In this document: piece after piece, positions 56,629 to 64,000 of the stretch | Numbering within the stretch: position 1 is the stretch's first letter | How the letters are laid out: each line of letters begins with the position of its first letter | NCBI GenBank assembly: GCA_951406725.2 | Contig: OX597830.1 | Span: forward strand, 71,982,001 to 72,046,000 | Direction of reading: 5' to 3' | Origin: Octopus vulgaris | Lineage: Eukaryota | Length of the DNA stretch: 64,000 nt | The notes under the pieces: generated by a model | The model's input: the letters and a program-made list of their open reading frames with translations, nothing else | What the model was told of the DNA's origin: nothing | Databases searched by the model: none | Program-made: the position numbers and the translations under genes

Positions 56629-56706
<78 letters not shown>

Positions 56707-57957
56707 ATACTCACACAGACACACACACATGTATACATATATGTGTGTATGCGTGATGGCCGTGCATGTATGCGAGTGCGTATCTATGTATATATCTGTA
56801 TTTCTATATATATAGAGAGAGTTGATTAGAATTCGGATGTCAAAATTATTTGCCGAATGAGAAGTAACAAAGATATATTCATGAAAATTATCAGGTAGAA
56901 ATTGGCTGATTCTTGTGTACAAGAATCTTTATATTTGCAAAACATGGATTAAGAAATCAACGTTATGGGTTTTAGAATATACAGTCAATTTAAACTGCAT
57001 TTAGAAAGGATATACACGCCTGATGAGGTTGAAGTCAGTTATATACAAGCTCCGTCGTTTGGGCCACAGCAACGTTTCCTCTCGTCTTATTTTCTGAATT
57101 CAAATTTTATCTAACAGTACCAATTTTGAATTCGTTTAGATTTTAGAAAATTAATTTTCACTCTAAGTTCAAACTTTCTTTTCAATATCTTCGGTTTGAA
57201 ATTATGATTTTAAAAGCGTGTGGAAGATTTAACTTGAAATGTAACATGATATTTTTACGTTTCATTTGAGCATAATAGCACATAATCTATCAAATACATA
57301 ATGTTTGTCTTCTTTTTATTACAGATTGCTTAATATTTCATCAGAATCGTATGTGTGAAGTCGGAAGAAAATACTGCTGAAAGATCTTTCCTGCTTCCTT
57401 ATCATAAAACCATGACTATTAAAATGATTTGAAACTATTTGTTGTTTATGATGTGTTTGTTATTTGTGTTTGCGATTCTTTCAATGCCGAAGTCACCCTA
57501 AATGCATAGCATTTTGAATTCAAATTACGATAAGGTTGACTTTGCCATTTATCCTTTCAAGGCCGATGAAATTAGTACCAATCAAGCATTAGGATGATGT
57601 GATCGTCTAGAGCCCCTTCCTCCAATAAAAATCTCAAGCCCATGCACCAGTAATAGAAAGAAAATCTCAATTATATTTTTGAGTTCGTTAAATGGTTAAC
57701 AGGTTGGCTCCCACAAGACCCATTGCAGGTTGACGTGGTACGTTAACAAGACCTACATGATCAGAACGTTGCTCGTTTCATAATTCCTTTTCTGTGAATT
57801 TTTCTGGAGCAAGTAGATTACGATTGCTTAAATGTTGGATTGTAGTTCACCAGAAATATGTTCTTTCTATATTTTGCCACTTTTAACGTTTTTGCTTTTA
57901 TTTTCTCATTTTTTATCGTATCGGATATCATCATTTAATTTGAGTAGACAGAAACTA

Positions 57958-58523
57958 TTGGGTTGTCCGCAAAGTTCGTGCCGATTTATAGCAGCTTACC
58001 TTTCGACTTATTTTAGAACATGGTTGAGTCCATAAAATAGGATTTGACTACATCCCCATTTAGAGCACAGTTTAAGCTATCTTTTCGTGGAAAACGGTTA
58101 ATGTTCCTGTAACCTGTGTTAATTCTGTAACCCTTTAAAATGGAGGATAAGAAAGTTCATTTTCGGCACTTGATGCTTTGGGAATCAGACAAAAATTGCT
58201 GCAGCTCGGTTGAGATATGTTACTCCACCCTCCATATTCATCAGATATTGCTCCTTCGGATTTCCACTTATTCAGGTTTCTGCAGAATAGTCTTAATGGT
58301 AAAAATTTCAATTCCTTGGATGACGTAAAAAGATACCTTGATGAATTCTTTGCCATGAAACCACCTCAATTCTGGGAAGAGGGTATTTTCAAGTTAAAGG
58401 AAAGATGGAGACGCATTGTGCAACAAAATGGTTCAAAATTTGGTTGATTAAAAATGTAATGGCAAGTATTTATTGACCTTTTCTTTCCTTTAAAAATCCA
58501 CATGAACTTTCCGGACAACGCAA
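57958..58523 (+). mobile_element. Internally deleted mariner transposon with TIRs and TA duplication
   Basis: TA|TTGGGTTGTCCGCAAAGTTCGTG … CATGAACTTTCCGGACAACGCAA|TA; MEDKKVHFRHLMLWE joined to LHPPYSSDIAPSDFHLFRFLQNSLNGKNF…LKERWRRIVQQNG. Confidence 0.92.
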
Positions 58524-59465
58524 TATAATTTCGGAACACAGAAGATAACAAACGAACCACAGTGGGTCGTGGATAAAAGTATTCCCAATGTTTCTAATTA
58601 CTGTTTCACATATAAAATAGTGAAAAATATTCTGCTGCTTATTTCATAATTGATTAAGATACAGAATTGTAGCTTAGGAAGACAACTAGTATTGTAACTC
58701 TGGATCCAATGTGTTAATATCATTTTAAGCGTAACACTTGAATGTATGTATCAGAATATTACAAATTTCTAATATTCGGCTCAGGCAAGGGAATTTCGTG
58801 GAGGAGTATAGATGAGTTTACTCCAATGAAAACTTATAGTTGCAATTCGAGTTCCTGTTGTACAAAGTCTACTATAGGAACTTACGTGAGATTCAATACT
58901 GCCGAGGCGAAATAGAACATGCATGTTGCTTTTAATGCACATTTTGTGAAGCAAATTTTCATTCCATTTAATATATGACTACAGAGCAAATACGAACCGA
59001 AAATTTTGCTCCACTGGAATACCGCTGGGTTTATAATCCATATTTTCATTGACGTGATTGGAACTAACTTATTTCATCAACGATGAACTCTACTGATTCT
59101 GTAACTACAGCATCCCAATACACACACATACTCATACATACGCAAACATATTCGCAGACATATATGCACACACCCACATACATATATACGGACTCATTAT
59201 AATTATCATTTCTAACGTTTAAACAAAGCACTGCACACTAGGAAGAGGGTATTGTTCACCGTGTTGACTTGAGAATTTTTATTAACATCAGATTAACAAG
59301 CAGATCAACGAACAACTACTGTTAAATTCCTGGTCAACCACCATGATCTTGTCGTAGAATTATCGTTCGAGAATAGAAAGAGTATTTTCTTATTGATTTC
59401 TATAAGTGTTTTTATTACATAACACCGCATTGTCGGTTAAATAAGTTAATTATTCCCCTATGATT

Positions 59466-59676
59466 CTCTCTTTTACTCTTTTACTTGTTTCAGTCATTTG
59501 ACTGCGGCCATGCTGGAGCACCGCCTTTAGTCGAGCAAATCGACCCCGGGACTTATTCTTTGTAAGCCCAGTACTTATTCTTTCGGTCTCTTTTGCCGAA
59601 CCGCTAAGTGACGGGGACGTAAACACACCAGCATCGGTTGTCAAGCAATGCTAGGGGGACAAACACAGACACACAA

Positions 59677-59709
<33 letters not shown>

Positions 59710-59872
59710 CGACAGGGTTCTTTCAGTTTCCGTCTACCAAATCCACTCACAAGGCATTGGTCGGCCCGGGGCTATAGCAGAAGACACTTGCCCAAGATGC
59801 CACGCAGTGGGACTGAACCCGGAACCATGTGGTTGGTTAGCAACCTACTTACCACACAGCCACTCATGCGCC
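59466..59872 (-). mobile_element. SINE family B, full length, with a 15-bp target-site duplication
   Basis: TATTCCCCTATGATT at 59451-59465 and 59873-59887. Confidence 0.95.
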
Positions 59873-60579
59873 TATTCCCCTATGATTATGCATCAAAATA
59901 TTAAAGAGTCCGCCAGGACCAAAAATTTACAGGGTTTTATCTATACGAATTCAGAATATTTCTAATACGCTGCACTTGGCTATTTACATTATTTTATCAC
60001 CATGGAAAGATGAAATACAAACTTGACATCAATGGGACTTGAACTCAGTACACGGAAATAAGGAACAAATAGTGCAAGTTATTTTGACTGACACTCTAGC
60101 AAACCTGTCAATTCACTTTCTTCTGTACTGCATTGGTGTTTATTGATCATAGAAGATCAATAAAGATTAACAGAAAGGTAAGTTGACCTCGATGGAATTC
60201 AAACTTAGATCATAAATATGTGAGAACATTTTAGCAATCCATCAATAATTAATTTACGAGATTCTTTCGTAATTTATATCCTTAACATCTCCAATTAGCA
60301 ATCAAACCCGAAAACACGCTAACTATTATTAGAGCTTGCGTGTTTTGCAAAACTGCGTTTATTTAGGAATGTATAGATCGGTAATGAAAATGAATAAGTG
60401 GGTGGAGATTTCTTTTTGCAGTAGAAAACTGATATTTTAGCTTCGCAACTTACGTTTGCTTCACAATACGAAAGAGGAGTATTGCTGTGGTAGGCGGTCA
60501 CTTGATCTAAAAATGTAATTCAATATTAAGGCGTAAAGGAAAGTTCATTACTTCTATCTACGGTACATACCGTATAATA

Positions 60580-60750
60580 TTTCTTTCAAGTTTTGGTTAC
60601 GAGGACAGCAATTTCGAGTGAGTGCGCAACTAGTACTTACTTCATCATCTCCGAAACGATGAATGGCAAAGTCGACCTCGCAAGGCCTAGAGACAGACGA
60701 AATCCGCAAAGCATTTCAAGCAGCTTGCTAACATTTCTTCCAGCTGGTCA
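60580..60750 (-). mobile_element. SINE family A, degenerate
   Basis: CAACTAGTACTTA…GATGAATGGCAAAGTCGACCTCG…GACAGACGAAAT. Confidence 0.65.
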
Positions 60751-61109
60751 CTTTTATATCGTATTATATTGACATCAATTGTATTCTATATTTGTCATTA
60801 GTAAGATACTGGTCCCACAGACAGCCTTCGTCATTTTCTATCCAAAGCGTTTTAAAACCAACATTTACATCTTAATTTTATAGCTTTAATGTTTTTCCAG
60901 ATTCACCATTTAAAAGCAAAATTATGTTCTCGGAGGTTAAATTCTTAAGAGGCCAACTGGCATAAAAATTACAATATCGTGGTAATCCATCTCCAATTTA
61001 TCAGTGATATTATCAGTATGAAAAAGTGAACGTTAGAAAATTACTTGGACGTAGAGTATCTCTTGGCAATACGAATCTGTCGTCAAATATTTAAATTTAG
61101 TACTCCACA

Positions 61110-61461
61110 CCGCGAGCTGACAAAATCGTTAGCACATTGGACGAAATACTTAGTGGTATTTCCTCCAGCAATTTATATCCTGAGTTCAAAACCCTCTGAA
61201 GTCAATTTGCTTGTCGTTCTTTCGGGAGCGAGAGAATAAAGTAGTATCAAGGGCTAAATATAGAGGGGACAAACAAGGACAGACAACGGATTAAGTCGAT
61301 TACATCGAACCCAGTGCTTAACTGGTACTTAATTTATCGACGTCGAATGGATGAAAGGCAAAGTCAACTTCGGCGGAATTTGAACTCAGAACGTAACAGC
61401 AGACGAAATGCCGCTAAGCATTTCGCCCGGCGTGCTAACGTTTCTGCCAGCTCGCCGCCTT
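61110..61461. mobile_element. SINE family A tail-to-tail pair: old + copy 61110-61248, younger - copy 61248-61461
   Basis: CGAGCTGACAAAATCGTTAGCAC… then the reverse complement ending CTGCCAGCTCGCCGCCTT. Confidence 0.8.
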
Positions 61462-61879
61462 TTGATACAATCTTCTTGTTCCATTACTTACATAAAGTAG
61501 TAAGTCTGGTTCTATCAGCAAATTGAGACCTTGAATTTGGGAACAATTGGTTGGCAACAACGCTATCAGTTAAAAGATATCGACAATTAGTATCTAGCAT
61601 TGCAGTGTTTTCTAACGATTTTAGTTCAGCTTTGGCTACTGTATGGTTAAAACATTGGCTTTAGATTTGCGCTTAGGTTCAAGCTTACATTGAAGCACCT
61701 GAGTCAGGAATCTACTTTAGTTTCGAGTGAACCTGGGTCTTGAGGGCGAAATTGTGTAACAGTCAGAAACGGTATGAATGCTCGTCGATTTGATTGTAGG
61801 AGGTTACTATGTGATATATTTAATCATTAAACTTTTATATACTTCAGTAATTCTACTGCAAAAATGATAGGGTGCCATT

Positions 61880-62230
61880 TGAAGCGTCTTCCTCGAACAG
61901 ATTGACCGCAGTTTTTATTTTGTTTTTAAAGTCATATGCTTATTCTATTGATCTTGTTTGCTGAACCGTGAACTTCTAAGATACAAGGACGATAACAATT
62001 CAGCAGCAATTGTCAAGTGGTGAGTGGAACAAACACAAAAACAAACACAAAACGCACACATACATATATACACATCACATTCATATATACTACAGCCTTC
62101 CACACAGTTTCCTTCAATTAAATTCGCTCCCAAGGCATTGGCCGGCCTGAGGCACATGCCAAAGGTGAAATGCAGTACAATTAAAACAGAGGCCACACGG
62201 TTGTAAAGCGAGCTTGTTGTCCACGCAACC
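61880..62230 (-). mobile_element. SINE family B, very degenerate
   Basis: CTTATTCTATTG…GCTGAACCG…TTGTCAAG…CAAGGCATTGGCCGGCCTGAGGC. Confidence 0.55.
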
Positions 62231-62774
62231 TTAAAAGTAGACCACTTTCACAAAAACACTTGACCCTCTGGCACCTTTAACCAAAAGATCTCTGATGTTT
62301 ACAGTCGGATGAGGTTTTATGATCTGAGGATAAACAGATGTTCTGATATGCTGGCTTCTTGTGTAGCAGTCTGTGAGCCGTGGTTCGTTCCTCCCAGCCG
62401 CCCATCATTCTAAGATGGCCTTTAAATGACCACTGGTATCACTCTTCATTCACCAAATTACACAGAAAGAATTACAGAGATCAGTTAGTCAAACCGTGTG
62501 TGCAGGTATCAGTACTTGATGTGATGAATCGATAGCCTGGGGCCGGACAGTGCCTTCTGAGTGTATTTGGTAGATGGAAACTGAAAGAAGCTTATCGTCT
62601 ATATGTAAATATGCACAAATATGCACAGGAGAACAGAGATTTACAGATTCAAGCTTTGTTATACATTTGATCACATCTTTTTTGTCAGAACCTACGCGTG
62701 TTTCCGCTGCAAACCAGTAAGTGCGAGTACATTACCCACTAGGATAATATAACCCTGTTAACCATCTGATATAT

Positions 62775-63400
62775 ATATAATACAAAATGGGACAAGAACG
62801 CAAAACAACAGAAGTCTAACCAAGAAAGAAAGGTCAGGCCTGGCCGAACACCGGCCACATGGAGAGAGAAGAAATAGAGGTAGTAGAGGTAGTAGAGGCA
62901 GAAGGATGGAAGAATTAAGTAGGAGCGAGAAAAAATTAAAGACACAATGAAGTGAAAGAGGGAAATTGAGCATGAAGTGAAGGCCAGGAAATGTGAGAGA
63001 GGGGAAACGAAAGAACGAGGAGTGGAATGAACGAAGAGTGAAATGGCTGAAAGAAAGAAGGAAAGAATGAAAGAATACAAAGAACAATACAGTCGTACAA
63101 AATTTAGATATAAGAGAGCTAAGTGTAAGTACGCCACTATATTTTATATAAAAAAAATACAAAAATGGGGCAAGAACGCAAAGCATCCAAACAGTTAGAT
63201 GAAACAAAAAAAAGGAAAACAAAATATCCAGGCAGACGATACAAGGAATACAAGGACGGATCATTAGGAGTTTTGTATCCTCAGTCGAGTTCCAGACTAT
63301 CTTTGCAATTTTGGCTGGTTATACTCGAGATTGCTCCAATCTGGCGAGCCTCAAGGAAAAATAAGCTAAGAGTATTACATTCCATGGAGATGTATGTATA
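62775..63400. mobile_element. Unclassified interspersed repeat(s) with a duplicated ~26-nt terminus
   Basis: TACAAAATGGGACAAGAACGCAAAAC (62781) and TACAAAAATGGGGCAAGAACGCAAAGC (63158), each after a TA/A-rich run. Confidence 0.4.
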
Positions 63401-63707
63401 TTAAAATTACAAAGACTAAGAATACAGGAAGATGAAGACGTATTAGTTTCATCGGGGGTCCTGACGACGACGATGATGAATAATTATAAAGTTGATTGAC
63501 TTAGAGAATGGATTACAAATATTTGATATTGAGAGATTAAAAGAATAAATTAAATGATTCTAAGATCAACAGATTACAAGAGAATCAATCATAAGACTAT
63601 CAGCTCAATAAATAATGGGTATGGAGATTAATATTTCTATATTATAAGTATATCCATAGTTTTCTTTATCATACATCCATTCTTACATACATATTCTCTA
63701 TCTATCG

Positions 63708-63797
<90 letters not shown>

Positions 63798-63833
63798 TTA
63801 CCTCTATATAATATGTATATATATGTATATATG

Positions 63834-63900
<67 letters not shown>

Positions 63901-64000
63901 ATGTATGATTATGCGAATAATTTTTTGAAACGGTCAGTTCTTGAGAAACGATAGGTGGCTTAGAAATTGACTACAGTTGATTACAAAGAACAGATTATAG

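Larger units (their letters stand above)
55299..56636 (-). mobile_element. 5'-truncated Penelope-like retroelement with inverted pLTR, inserted in (TA)n
   Basis: Apparently perfect 361-bp inverted repeat 55353-55713 / 56276-56636, 54-nt unpaired 3' tail 55299-55352, GIY-YIG C-terminus in the spacer, HHR-like motif in each arm. Confidence 0.9.

Noticed and set aside
57020-57050. CTGATGAG followed by a short stem
   Set aside because: No GAAA box or stem I, so it is not an HHR.

Overview
This is AT-rich eukaryotic DNA with no recognisable host exon. Its repeat content and extreme microsatellite load are most consistent with an octopus (coleoid cephalopod) intergenic or intronic region; the taxon is inferred. 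Almost every ORF in the supplied track is a microsatellite or SINE translation artefact. Real content: (i) many copies of at least four tRNA-type SINE families, one with a variable number (1-3) of internal modules and one carrying an internal microsatellite; (ii) two internally deleted mariner elements with TIRs and TA duplications, plus a DD37D (maT-type) transposase relic; (iii) LINE 3' fragments, namely an R4/Dong-like one inside (TAA)n and a CR1/L2-like one; (iv) a 5S rRNA pseudogene; and (v) a young Penelope-like element (PLE) with a GIY-YIG fragment and a 361-bp inverted terminal repeat. The most interesting signal is about a dozen hammerhead-ribozyme (HHR)-like motifs, many with non-canonical cores. 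They lie in short, mutually dissimilar inserts, mostly within or beside (TA)n and related microsatellites, and point to a diverse, microsatellite-associated PLE/retrozyme population. All folds, alignments and identities were judged by eye and none has been computed.
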